From Podarcis tiliguerta (taxonomy: Eukaryota), in assembly GCA_965153285.1 (NCBI GenBank), contig OZ229115.1: DNA of 64,000 nt. One strand, 5' to 3'. Positions 13,412 through 26,000 of the stretch are shown piece after piece. The notes under the pieces were generated by a model. It was given only the letters and a program-made list of their open reading frames with translations. It had not been told where the DNA came from and ran no database searches. Each line of letters opens with the position of its first letter. The stretch's first letter is position 1. Both the position numbers and the translations under genes were made by a program.

Positions 13412-14621
13412 CACCTTTAGATATTGTTGCCAAACTTGACACGAGGGTTCTCAAGGTTGGGGTGGTGGACTTCATTGCCATTGGGATGCTGGGCACCATT
13501 TTGAATCAAGATGGTGAACTGAAACGTGAATTGGGTGTTACTTCACCTAGTCCTTGTTGTGAGGCACCCAAACTCAAAAATTACACACTTTAATTAAAAA
13601 CCATAATAATTTGGGGTTTCACAAAAAATCCTGAGCAGCACCGACCATTCCCTGCTAGTATAGAGATAAAACCCATCACTGAAATGCCAGATATTAGTCC
13701 TAGTGTGCATTATTACCTGTGATAGGCCAAAATGATTAATCTCAGTTTCAAGCCAACAGGTTTCTGAGCGGCTGTGCACTAATCTCTCATTGAATAATCT
13801 ATTGATTTATAGCATGGGAACTTAAACCGTAAAGCTTTCCAAGATCACAGTACACTTCATCAGGTGCATGAAGTGCTATCCTGAGTTGCAGCTACCTATA
13901 TACATGGGGGACATCATTCATTTTTCTTGCAATTAAGATAAAACAGTGACTTTTATTTTTATTGGAAATTGCTGCTTTGGTTAATATGATACCCTCAGTT
14001 TGCATGACACTTCTCAAAGCTTCGTAAGCAAAACAGATGGCTCCCTGGCCCCAAAAGGACTTACAATACATTTCCACAGTGGAGAAGAGAATAGAGGGCA
14101 GTGAAGATTGAGGCAAAAGTAATGAATAGTGTGGTGGACTAGGAGATGCAAAGACTAGCAAAGGATGATATGAACTAAATATGGTTTCATACATTAAGGC
14201 TTTCTTTCAAGTGCATGTGAGGGGTTACTTTTATCTGATGAGAATTCAGTTTCATATTTTCTTTAAATAAAAGGAATAAGTTAACAACTGAACACAATAT
14301 ATGAATAAAATGTAATTTAAGCCAAATACGTACTAGTATTGACAGTAAGTTTCCTTAAGCAGTCCAGTGTCATTCTGTAAACGCCGTTCTAGGTAGAGAA
14401 AGGCAGGAAGACAGGCAAGGGTGAAATCAATAGAAAGCAGAGACACTGAAAGCAGCTGCCTGCCTGCCTGCCTACTTGTCTCGTTCACATTAATGGAACA
14501 GCCTGCAAGATCTACAGGGAATTTGCATTGGCTCTGTCACTGGTTTTCTTTGGTCCCTTATTTTATTGCTTGTGGTTTGATAGTGCAGTGTTTTTGCTGG
14601 AAATGAAAGCTTACAAAGATC

Positions 14622-14695
14622 ATGTCTGACTCCTTCTGGACAGTGCTATCCAATTTCTCTCTGCCAGAAACCAGCATGTTGAGGCGATCCAAAAG
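14622..14695 (+). CDS. MAST2: MAST2 alternative first coding exon, MAST1-like N-terminus (MSDSFWTVLSNFSLPETSMLRRSK)
   Basis: ATG at 14622, 24 codons plus AG|gtaatc. The phase-2 donor matches the 28089 acceptor, giving [13 protein letters not shown]. Closely resembles the MAST1 N-terminus MSDSLWTALSNFSMP...[15 protein letters not shown]. Confidence 0.85.
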
Positions 14696-17035
14696 GTAAT
14701 CAAAGGATTCTCAAAACAAAATCTTAGAATGTTTACTCTGTCTGTTTCATGTAGTCGAGACTGTTGCAGAGATTAAAGCTGATGGATGAGATTATATGGT
14801 TGGATACATGCGGTTTTCAATTTATAATGTATTAAAAATGGGAGCTGCTTAGAATTTTTAGTCGACAAAAATACAAGGTAACTGAAAATGTAGTCTCTTC
14901 TCCACAAGAGCATATGAGAACGAAGCACATCTGTAAATATGTTATTTCTTAAATTAGATTAATCAATAGCTGTGGTGTTTGCCCATAATAATGCTAAGGG
15001 AAAAATGGCAAAGTCCCCGTTTCAAAATTTCTATTTGCTAGCTGGCAGTAATATCTTAGATTGAATTTTTAATGCTTTGCTTCAAGCTGCTATCTAATAT
15101 ATGTGCTAGCATTTTGTCATAGTAGGGACTTTAATATGTCATTTCACTCACTTAATTCACTCAATAATCTGCTGGGTTCTAGTATTTTCCTGTGGTTTCA
15201 AAGTTTAAAAATGCATATGTGAGGGGATAGAAGATGATTATAAATTCATGCAAATTGTCTGTTCAGAGCATGTATATGACATTAAAATGGAAGTGCATAA
15301 TATACTTAAACTATTTAAGAAAGAAGCAGAAGAGCACCATTTGTTGTTTCAAATTGTTTTGGTAATTACCAGAGCATCTCTCACAAGGATCCATAGATTA
15401 ACATTTTTTGTAGTGGTGAAATGAACCTCAGCATGTCGAACTTGGATCTTAAGTGCTTTGGATATCTTTAATTTATATTTTGATATGAATCTTAATCCAA
15501 AATGCATTCAAAGAGATATAGTGTTACTACTTGTAGGATCCTACATCAGGTGCAGAGTACTAGTATTACTACTAGTAAATTATTTTGATTATTTTGTTGT
15601 CTTAAATCCTAGGCAGTGACAACCTTGTGGTAAGATTTAGAATCTTTCCCTTTATTTTTATTTTTAAATTTCAAATATTGACTAATAGCTATTAAATTTG
15701 TTTTGCCAATTGAATTCTTCAGTGGGGTGGGGTTCCTGTATTTTTCCTTGGTAAGACTCTAGAACCTTCAAGAACTCTTAGCAGTAGGAATATTCCTCTT
15801 CTAGCTACAGTAAAGAAGAATGGATCCATTAATTACCTCCTACTTTGTAGTGTGTGGTTGGAGCTAAGGTTAAATTTTGCTATGAAGCAAGAAGGGTGTG
15901 AGCAGGTAAACAAGTAAACTGTGTAACCAAGACTGGGTCACATTGACATGGTGGTCTTAATGACATGATAATACTGGAATCTTATACCAGGAAGAATCTG
16001 TGAATTGTAAAATGTAGCAAAGGAAGTCTGCAAAGGATGTGCTGTGTAAAGATTTCAAGAATTCTGGAACTTTTTCTTTTTTTTTAAAGGAAGATGTGTC
16101 TACTGGCCTGCATCTCTGTTGTGGACCTTGCTCACTATAGCCTCTTAAGCTTTATATCCATCCTTTCATTGTGAATACTAATATAGGTCAAAGTACTTTT
16201 CATGTGGATAATTTGCAACATTTTTGAATAGAAAACAATAAGGCACTTGGCTTTAGCCCTTTGTATTAGTATGCTCAGGGGAGGGGAGTTCAGTTTTAAA
16301 TTCAGTGTGTGTTCTTTAAGCTGCTTACTCCATGGAGCCCCATTGACTTCATTTGGGCTACTCTGGAGCCACAAGTTGGATTATAGCCTCAATATTCAAG
16401 TTCACAATAATGACTGCTTTAATGTGGTTTCAAATGTGCAGAGAGAAATTCATTTCCAGTGTTAGCAATGCAAGTGAAATAGTTCTTTTTAAAAAACCCA
16501 CCTAGTTTGATCTAAATGTCTACAGCACATGTCTGGTGGAAGAGGCTATTGTCATTATTACCACATAGTTTTGTATTTTGTTTTTTTAAGCTGGCAGCTT
16601 CTTGTTGCTGGTTTCATGATGTGGTTGTTGGATGCATCTTTTTGCCCAGGATTCTGGGGAGGGATGAAGTGCCTGGTGATATTTTATCTTCAGTTCTGCT
16701 GCCTGTTTGTTTGTGACTATTATTAATTTTATGATTCTGATCAATTAATTTTGTTACATTGTTATTGTTTGTGGTTTTTAGTGTTTACCAACCTAGGACT
16801 CTTAAAATAGACTGCGAATACCTCAGATAAGTAGATAAACTTGCCCCATCCTCTGTCAGGGTGGTCAGTAGTCAGGAAGAATGTGAGTTGTAGTTCCAGC
16901 AACATCTGGAAGGCCATATACTTCCCATCCTTGATGGTAGAATTAGGCTATCTCACTGCCAGCCTAGTGTATATCATTTTGGCACAGAAACTGGCTTCTA
17001 TCATCTTTCGGTATCAAGTTACCTCCAGCTTGGTA

Positions 17036-17294
17036 CCGTATTTTTTGCTCTATAAGACTCACTTTTTCCCTCCTAAAAAATAAGGGGAAATGTGTGTGCG
17101 TCTTATGGAGTGAATGCAGGCTGCGCAGCTATCCCAGAAGCCAGAACAGCAAGAGGGATCGCTGCTTTCACTGCGCAGCGATCCCTCTTGCTGTTCTGGC
17201 TTCTGAGATTCAGAATATTTTTTTTCTTTTTTTCCTCCTCCAAAAACTAGGTGCGTCTTGTGGTCTGGTGCATCTTATAGAGCGAAAAATACGG
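17036..17294. mobile_element. Tc1/mariner-superfamily MITE (CCGTA termini) with internal perfect hairpin
   Basis: TIR ccgtattttttgctctataaga / tcttatagagcgaaaaatacgg; TA TSD. Confidence 0.9.
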
Positions 17295-18302
17295 TATATT
17301 GTGATACATATTTTGCCTGGGATGTTGTTTTCTGCAATGCCTTTGGCATACTTCCATATTTTATATTACTTCCTCATCATGATTAGATAGGTGGAAAACA
17401 CCTTGGGCTTCATTTTGCATGAAAAGAATCCTCCCCAGATCTAGAGAGATTAGAAAATGCCATCCATTTCAGAATCAGAATTTAAGGTTTGATCCTGAAA
17501 AAGGCCTTTCCAGGCAATATTTTTTTAAAGAAATGCTCAGCTACAATCAATCCTTGTTTCATAAAATGAGCTTGTTTACATCCCCCCCCCTCCGTAATAG
17601 AAGGCACTTGAAAAGTTCATTCCCTCTCTTACACACTTGTACTCTTTCTCTTCCTGTCCTACATTCATACACACAGGTGCATCAGGTTGTTATTTGCAGT
17701 GCTGTGTCCATGTATGTTATAATTATGCTAATATCCAGGTTGCCAGGTGAACTAATAGGACACATAATTAGTGCACAGCATAATGATTTTGGTGGTGTTT
17801 TTTTTTAAGAACTTAAAGCATATACAAAGTAGTGTGTGCTAAACTGCTCCAGCCAGAATGTTCATATGGTGTTTAAAAACTCATTAAAAGTTTAGTCTTT
17901 AATAGTAGCAAAACTGCAAATGCCATCTCACTGCATTGTTTGTTTGTTTATTGATTTAAGTCTATTCCATGTCTGGCATTCACATCTACCTCCCCACCAC
18001 CTTACTCACCCTTCTGTATAAGAACACAATAAGTGCTATGTTGCGTCAACCAAAGTTCCATCTAGTCCAACATCTTTCTTCCCACAGCAGCCAACCAGAT
18101 GATTTCAGGAAGCCTACAGATGGGACATAAGGGCAATTGGCCTCCTCTTCAGTGGCATAATTCCTCTGAACTTAGAGATGCCATTTAGCCATTGCATGGA
18201 GACTGTGTATTGTAGATATAGCAGTAGATGCTAGCTGCTGCTGTTCTAATACTAATCCAGATGGAACTGTTGAGAGACTAGAAAGGCCTTTAAGCACTAA
18301 CT

Positions 18303-18420
18303 TCATAGAATTGAAGAGTTGAAGGAGACCATGAGAGCCATCCAGTCCAACGCCCTGCAATGCAGGAATCTTTTTGCCCAATATGAGGCAAAGTCTCATG
18401 CTCTACCAACGGAGCTATCC
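18303..18420 (-). mobile_element. Short tRNA-head/CR1-tail SINE remnant
   Basis: catagaattgaagagttg...ccatccagtccaacgccctgcaatgcagg...ctctaccaacggagctatcc; related copy at 43818-43930. Confidence 0.65.
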
Positions 18421-18625
18421 ATGGGATATATATGTGTGTGTGAACATGGATGTAAGTGAAACAAGGACATAATTGTTTGCCTTAAGTTTTCCATATGAAG
18501 CCTGTATTTTTTGGAGGCAAAAACAAATTTCTGTATACATAAGTTTGCATTTCCTGCAACATCTCAAGTTCACACAGCTAACTTTGCATGTAATATGAGG
18601 ACTTATACATTAATTTACACGCAAG

Positions 18626-18640
18626 GGCCAACAGAGCAAG
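18626..18640 (+). CDS. MAST2: Candidate 15-nt MAST2 microexon (xANRAS), phase 2-2
   Basis: caag|GGCCAACAGAGCAAG|gtattt. Frame-preserving and stop-free in the required phase; three TGCATG motifs 130-165 nt downstream. The acceptor is weak (AAG, poor pyrimidine tract). Confidence 0.5.
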
Positions 18641-19777
18641 GTATTTTCTTTTGGTAGTGAAGTGAATAATTTTCTATTTTGATTTTTTTTTCTAATTATG
18701 TCTCCTTGGTCTGAGATTATTTCCTGGTTCTGTTTGATTACCAACCGTTACTGTGTGCTCTCATCTTATGCATGTGTAATGCATGTAAAATTCATATTAT
18801 GCATGTGATGTGCATATAATGTCAAATAATGCAATGTATGCAGAAAATGGGGACATTGCAGAAGCTTAATCTGTTAAGTACTTAAACAGCTAAAGAACTG
18901 GCTCAGTTGGTGACTGTTACTGTAGGAGTTAATAACTGGAAGGAAGCTCTAGGTTTCACAAAACGTTGAATTATAGTAATATTAAACTGTGCAATTATAA
19001 CTACAAATCAGCTTATGTTGGCAGATTCAGTGAATTAATATGCCCTGGGAATATAGCAATCAAACTTCCTCAATTTTTTTCAAAAAAGATTTGAAATTAG
19101 GCTCCTGACAAAGGTTTGAGGACTGGAGTCCTTGATATAAGTGTCCCATTATCAAAGCAAAATAATGGGAACCGTAGAAGCTTATGGAGTGGGAAGGAAC
19201 ACCTGCTTAAGTATTTCAGAATTTCACCTGTTTAAATATTTCAAAATTAGGTGACACAATAATAGATGAGATTTGCTAGTAGAGATATAAAGGTTCAATA
19301 CATCTCTGTATGTGTAAGAAGGGAGCCAGAGAGATTCTGAGCTTGTATACTTCTGTAGAGATCTCTGAATTGAACACGTTGTTAAGGTTGATTAGGGCCA
19401 TTTCCTTCACAAAGAAATTGGTTTGATGATTCATATGTATAGATACATGCGCTAAATACATTTTTAGTATAATTAGTTGGGGTGTTTTTTTAAAAAAAAA
19501 GATGCATGAGCAGCTTGTGTCAAAGAGGGTGCTTAATGCAAGAAACAGCTGAATGCGGAACAAAGCTCAATCAGATTCCATCTCCATCCCTACCTGCACC
19601 AGAATTACTTTTTAAATAAAATCTCCACATATAGGCCCCATATAGAAGGAAACAGAGGGTGAGTAGAAGTAGCCAACAAAGCACAGGAATGGTGATATCA
19701 TGAGTTGGCATCATTGGGCATCTGCCAAGGCCCATACCCCATTTTGGGGCTTATTGCCAGTATTTTAAGCTTCCTTA

Positions 19778-20128
19778 AAGGTAAAGGGACCCCTGACCAT
19801 TTGGTCCAGTCGTGGCCGACTCCAGGGTTGCGGTGCTCATCTCACTTTGCTGGCCGAGGGAGCCGGCATACAGCTTCCGGGTCATGTGGCCAGCATGACT
19901 AAGCCACTTCTGGCGAACCAGAGCAGTGCATGGAAACGCCGTTTACCTTCTTGCCGGAGCAGTACCTATTTATCTACTTGTACTTTGACATGCTTTGGAA
20001 CTGCTAGGTTGGCAGGAGCAGGGACCGAGCAACGGGAGCTCATCCCAACGCAGGGATTCGAACTGCTGATCTTCTGATTGGCAAGCCCTAAGCTCTGTGG
20101 TTTAACCCACAGCACCACCCGCGTCCCA
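19778..20128 (-). mobile_element. Sauria SINE, full length
   Basis: Head gggacgcgggtggtgctgtggg and (ACCTTT) tail on - strand; perfect 12-bp TSD taagcttcctta. Confidence 0.93.
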
Positions 20129-21547
20129 TAAGCTTCCTTACCCTGCTGCTTTTCTTCCATACTGTGGCTTGCCTGTTTACCTGCTGGCTCCAAGTGAGTA
20201 AGCAGTGAGCAAGGTGGAACAGTCCTTGTCCTCCGCAAGGTCCATCAATATTAATTTCAAAATAGACTGGGGAGGAGGCATGTTTGATTAATAAAGACTG
20301 CACACTAGGTGTGGCCTCAAAGTGTGTGTGTGTGTAATAAACATGTATGCTGTAGTTTAACTATAGTAACTATAGTATATTCATAGAGTCACAGGAAGCT
20401 TTGCAAGGCTACGGTAATTAAATTTTTTAAAGCAAATTTCTTAGCATTGTTGCAGGTATTCTTGTGCAGATGTTTCAGTAGCCTGGCTCATTGTAAAAGT
20501 TAGTATCGCCTTGATTGCCTTATTTTTGCATTACCAATTCCAATAGCTACTGGTGATCTACCAGTCATCTTACTCTTCCATTGAAATGGCAGGCGCTTGG
20601 AGGGGTTTTTCTGAATGTGTTGTGGTGATGCTCAAGAATGCCCTGAGAGAGTGTACTTGAGTGTACCCCATGTGTACTTGAGAGTTGAATGAAGAAGTAT
20701 ATGTGGCTGCAGTCTGTGGGCATGAGTGTGCTGCATTTAAGATTTTTTTTGGGGGGGGGGACTTGTATATTTTACTAGTACTAGAAAACGCTCCCTGTAA
20801 GCAGGAGCAAATGATGTGAAAATACAATGTTGAAGCCTGAGCATTGCAAAATAGTTCACATTTCTGCAGCGTATACCTTAAGCATGCCTCCCACTTATTA
20901 GAAGACTATATTAAAGAAGTAACATAATGAGCATTTCAGGAGAAAAATGTTTAAAGAAATTAGTAGTTTTGACACTATTGATCCTGCTGCCATAGGCAGG
21001 GAGATAGGAGGAGAGTTGTGATGATTATAAGTTTTTAACATCTGTCTTTAAAAAAGGAGAGTGGTGGAAGAAGCCCAAATTTGAGTTACTTCCTTCCGTT
21101 GAAGACTGATCTCCGTTTAAATGACTGTAGGTTTTACAGCTTACACCACTAGATTTTTCATCAGGGTTACTGATGATGTAAACAGCAGCTTCAATTTCCT
21201 GCTCTCTGAAACCAGATGGTATTCTCTCAAAAGTTATGAAGTCTTCAGATCTCAAATTACACACTTACTGAGGCTGCATTTGCATAGCTGTATTCCTCCA
21301 GGGCTACCTCTGCAGTAAGTGGAAGAGAAGAGGCAGGCGGCAGTTGCTGTTGAAGTCATTGCTCTGGAATAGAGCTGGTCATCTCAGCTTGCCACTATGA
21401 AAATTAGAACAGGCAATGGAGGAAGGGTGGTTCTAACTTCTACTTGTTCCCTCTGCTGTAAAAAAATAGTTTGCCCTAATGTGGACCTATTCATACAGAC
21501 AGTTGAAGGTGAAATGTGTTAAATGAGCACGAGTTGTTGCTTATGTA

Positions 21548-21713
21548 CCATATTTTTTTGTGTATAATATGCCCCTGTGTATAACACAATCCTTATTTTT
21601 TGGGACTCAAAATAAAGAAATCGCCCATATGCACTATCCGTGTATAAGATGACCCCCAATTTTAAACTTGAAAAAATAGGGGAAAGTATAGTCTTATACA
21701 CGGAAAAATACAG
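21548..21713. mobile_element. Tc1/mariner-superfamily MITE, degenerate CCGTA type
   Basis: ccatatttttttgtgtataa / ttatacacggaaaaatacag; TA flanks. Confidence 0.8.
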
Positions 21714-22688
21714 TACTTTACTGTGGAAGGCATGTGAATTAACTTAAAAGTCAGCAGGCGCTCACCATGAAGAATGCTAATGTGAACACAGTCTAACTTA
21801 CACATGCAGCCTGTATCTAATGTAAACCCAACAACTAATTTCTAAAGACTTTTGTCAAATTGTAGGGATTTCCCACGCCCTATTCTTGGACAAATTAAGT
21901 TAAAAGAAATATGTCCGTGAAGATAGACAGGATGAGGAAATGTTTGGCAGTGCAAATACTTACTTGTATGGTATAACCATCATTACCTGGATACCTTGGG
22001 TGACGATGTTCGATTAAAAGAGAGTTTTGGGTATGTGGGTTGAGGAAAATAGTAGGATAAAACATTTCTGGCACATATCCATATGTGATACTTGTGTGTG
22101 GATTGGTATAGAGACTGATGCACAAGGGAGGAGAATGCAGGGTACAGTTCTGCCACTGCAGATACTCGGACTGAATATCGAAGTGTGGGTGGAAAGCACT
22201 AAGCTGGCTTAAGTCATCCTAAATAACCCATCTCCCAATTTCTCAGTGATCTCCTCTCCCTTTCCTTTAAGTGAAGACCTATTTCGTCATTAGCAGGGAT
22301 ACCCAACAATGCATCTTGTTCAAATGAGAATTTATCGTGATTGAGGATGAACCCTCCTTCAGCAGATGCTTGTATTTAAAATGGGGATCTCACCTTTTAG
22401 CCCTGACCATTTGTAGCTAGGAATTTCTGTAGTTTCAGAATTTGGAGCTTGTGATGTAGTTAATGCGGTATAGAAAACCTGTCCCAATTGATGTTACCTC
22501 AGCTGTGTACCTTTGTAATACCTTTGTAAAAATTCGCAGAAATCATCTAGTGGTCTGGGCACTGGTGGGTGTTTGGGTTTCCTGGCTAGGGAAACTTGTT
22601 AAAATGTGGTTTGGGAATCTCTTGTAGTTGTGGTTAACTTAAAAAAAACTGGTAGTCTTATAACAGCAATATAGATTTGTTGTAAGTA

Positions 22689-23038
22689 CAGTGGTGCCCC
22701 ACAAGACAAATGCCTCGCAAGACGGAAAACCCGCTAGACAAAAGGGTTTTCCGTTTTTCAATGCGCTTCGCAGGACGAATTTCCTTATGGGCTTGCTTCG
22801 CAAGACGAAAATGTCTTGCGAGTCTTGAGATTTTTTCCCGCTCCCCACCCCCTTTTTCTAAGCTGCTAAACCGCTAATAGCCTTTTAGCAGCTAATCCCT
22901 TAAGCCTTTACTAGCCGCTACTAGCCGCTAAACCGCTAATAGCCCTAATCCGCTAATAGGGTTGCTTCGCAAGACAAAAAAACCGCCAGACGAGGAGACT
23001 CGGAGAACGAATTAATTTCGTCTTGCGAGGCACCACTG
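22689..23038. mobile_element. Tigger/pogo-like MITE with internal gctaatagccgcta repeats
   Basis: TIR cagtggtgccccacaagac / gtcttgcgaggcaccactg; TA TSD. Confidence 0.9.
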
Positions 23039-26000
23039 TATCATGACAGATTGACCAAAGAACATAAGGCATATCTAAAAGAATATTTCTAGTGGCAAAT
23101 CTCCCTGCCTTGCAGACCCTTTTCCACTTGGCCAGGGAGGGCAGGGCCCAGACTCCACCTACAAAAGCTGAGACTGCTGAACAGACTCTTGGGCTCAGGT
23201 ATTGTTTAGGGGGTTTCGTTGGGTGAGGGGGGATGTTGATGTTATTGATATTAATTTTTTGTATCTTTATTTTAGATCTTATGATGTGTGTGGAAATTGT
23301 TCAGCTTGGTTGTGTACTTTTTGATGTTTTCTTTATTGTTTATGACAACTTTCGATATGTTTGTAATTATGTAACTTTTCAAGCAGTAAGCATACAAATA
23401 TGATGTATGTGTGCATAAAATATGTTGACCACCACTGGTGTATATGGATTTAAAGGCGGACTAGACACATTTATGGGGAGGATGAACCTATTCAGCAGCT
23501 GTTAGCCATGTTCTTATGAGGAACCCTCAGGTTAAGAAGCAACACTCCTCTGAAAACCAGCTGCTGTTGTCTTCATTTCCTGCTAGTGGGCTTGCCGGAA
23601 GTATTTGGCTGGTTCACTGGTGGAAACAAGATGCTGGATTAGGTGGAGGGCTAATCCCGGAGGGTTTCTCCTATGATGTTATGCTATCATCACAGTTAAT
23701 GAATGGTTGCTAAATAGATAATTAGTTGAAGTTTATTGAATTGATATGGTGTTCAGGATTTACAGAGCTTGGAGTGATGTGCTAAAGCCAAAATCACAGT
23801 AATTATACAGTGAAGATACCTTTCTACAGCAAAATTGCACAGTCTCTGCGAAAGTCTGAAAGAACAACAATTCTTTGCAGTGGCTGCAGAAACTCATTAA
23901 GCTCAGGCTTAGAAAGGCTTCCCTTTGTAACAAATTCCACCCATTATAGAATGCATACTTTAGTTACTTTGATACTAATTTGTTACTTCACTCACAGTGT
24001 ACAAGAGAGATTACTAAGAAGTACATTGGCCAATCTTGTTTGTGGCACAGTGTAATGCAAAAATTTCTAAAGTAAAACAGATAACACTTTGTTCATTTAT
24101 TCTAACAAAGATACCTTTTTAAACTGTTACTGAGTATGAAGGCAATCTTATCCTGGATGCTTTCTTGTTCTTATCTATTTTGAAGGACTTAATTATTCCT
24201 GTTGTCAGTAGTGCAATTGCTTACAAAATTGCTTCCATCTCTAAATTACTATAATTAGAGCTATAACTCCCATATCTAGTTAATGTTGCTGTGCAGCTGG
24301 TGCTTTCATTAACATGTCAATTTTAGACTTATATGCCTTGCTGCATTGTAAAGAAAAAATTAATATTTGTTTTCATCTTCAAAATATCTATTTCTCATAA
24401 AGAAAACTTTCTCTTAATAGTGTTAAGAAAGATCTTCCCTGAGATTTGCAATGTTTTTGTCACTACAAGCTGGCTTCCTGAAGGGATGGAACAAACTTAG
24501 TTATAGCTGGAGTTTCCTGCAGTTGTGTGATGAGCCTTCATTCTTGAAATGTATTATGGGACAATAACACCATGCATGATCTCGCAGTGAAGGCCCTCTC
24601 CATCTCCTCCTCTGACATAGGCAGGAAAATGTAGAGACCTTTTCTTCAGTATGTGTACAAGACATTATGAATAGGTGGATGCTGACTGTTTAAACAATTA
24701 ATAAAGTTTCATGGACCCAGGTGAAGATGTTGTTTTAAAGACATGGACTGGATCATTGAAGCATATGCTAGTTGTCCAATGCCAAAGCTATAAAGAAATT
24801 GTTTTGTGGTTTTCACTGTTCAACAGATGTGATTTTCACGTTTGCTGCAACAATAGTAGGGAGTATTTATTGTGTTTGCAACTGGTAGGATCCTGCCTGA
24901 GAAATTTAAACACAAAGGAAGGAGCAAGGAGCAAGAATTCATTTACTTATGATGCTGTAGGAGCAGAATAGCACGTCACATCTCTATTCTTTCTGCCAGT
25001 TCACCCACTGAGGCCTGGTTGTGTGTATATGTGGGTATCTACATGTCTTCTGAGCTTGGTCTTGTGTGGGAACTGGGGGTCATGGTTTATTACAAGTTCC
25101 AGTCAGTTTCAAAACAAGTGCAAACCATGGCTTATGAAGCTGTCTTGCACAACTAACCAGAATTTGTGATGAATCATGTTGTTGCTTCGCATACAAGCCG
25201 GGATTAGGGAAAACTGAATGTAATGTTGACAAGCCTCTTCTCTCAGCTGTGTGGAAGGAAAAAGTGAAAGAGGAGCCCATAGGCCCAAGATTTTGCCCAG
25301 GCTCGTTCCAGTATGTGCACATACAGGAGCTAAACCATGGTTTAGTGCTTCATGAGAATGAGGACTATAGATACAGATTACTTTCTAGCATTTTATTTTA
25401 AATAACCCTTAAAAGTAGATAGCTACTAAAAGTAGCCGCTTTTAAATGGCTGCTTCCATAAACATTAGCCCACTGTGAAGTTATTATGCTTTTAATACTG
25501 AAAATATCAAGCATTATTGAAAACAAAAAACAAATTGGAGCGAAGTAGGTCGGGATCAAAATGGTGGGAGCTATTTTGATACAGCTTTTATGTGATCCGG
25601 TAAACAAGTTCTTGGCCTGAAAACAACCTTATTGGAGGCAGTATTATCCATTTTACAGCATATGCCTGCCTGCTTTTCCTTCCTCCTATTCCTGTAAATG
25701 CTCTCATACCTTGTTGATCCAACACTGTTAGAGAGCTGCGATGCAGTATCATGTCAACAATATCTCAGGCCAGTGTTCCATAGTGTTGAGTTTCAAGAAT
25801 GCTTTGGGAACTCTTAAACACATGTAACAAATGTTATTTTTACTTACAGGAGTGCATGGTTAACCCTATGTAACACAAATACTTCCCTATGCTTTCTGTC
25901 CCCATAGTAACATTCAGTATTGTTGCAGGTCTCTTAAATTACTGTTTTGCTTTTTGAAATTATTGGAAGCTTTTAAAATCCTTCATAACATGTAAATTTT

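Noticed and set aside
21025-22218. DMRT1-like identity for the antisense peptides (QWQ, FITFE resemblance)
   Set aside because: Only a few residues match, the fragments are in different frames, and I found no DM domain in the window
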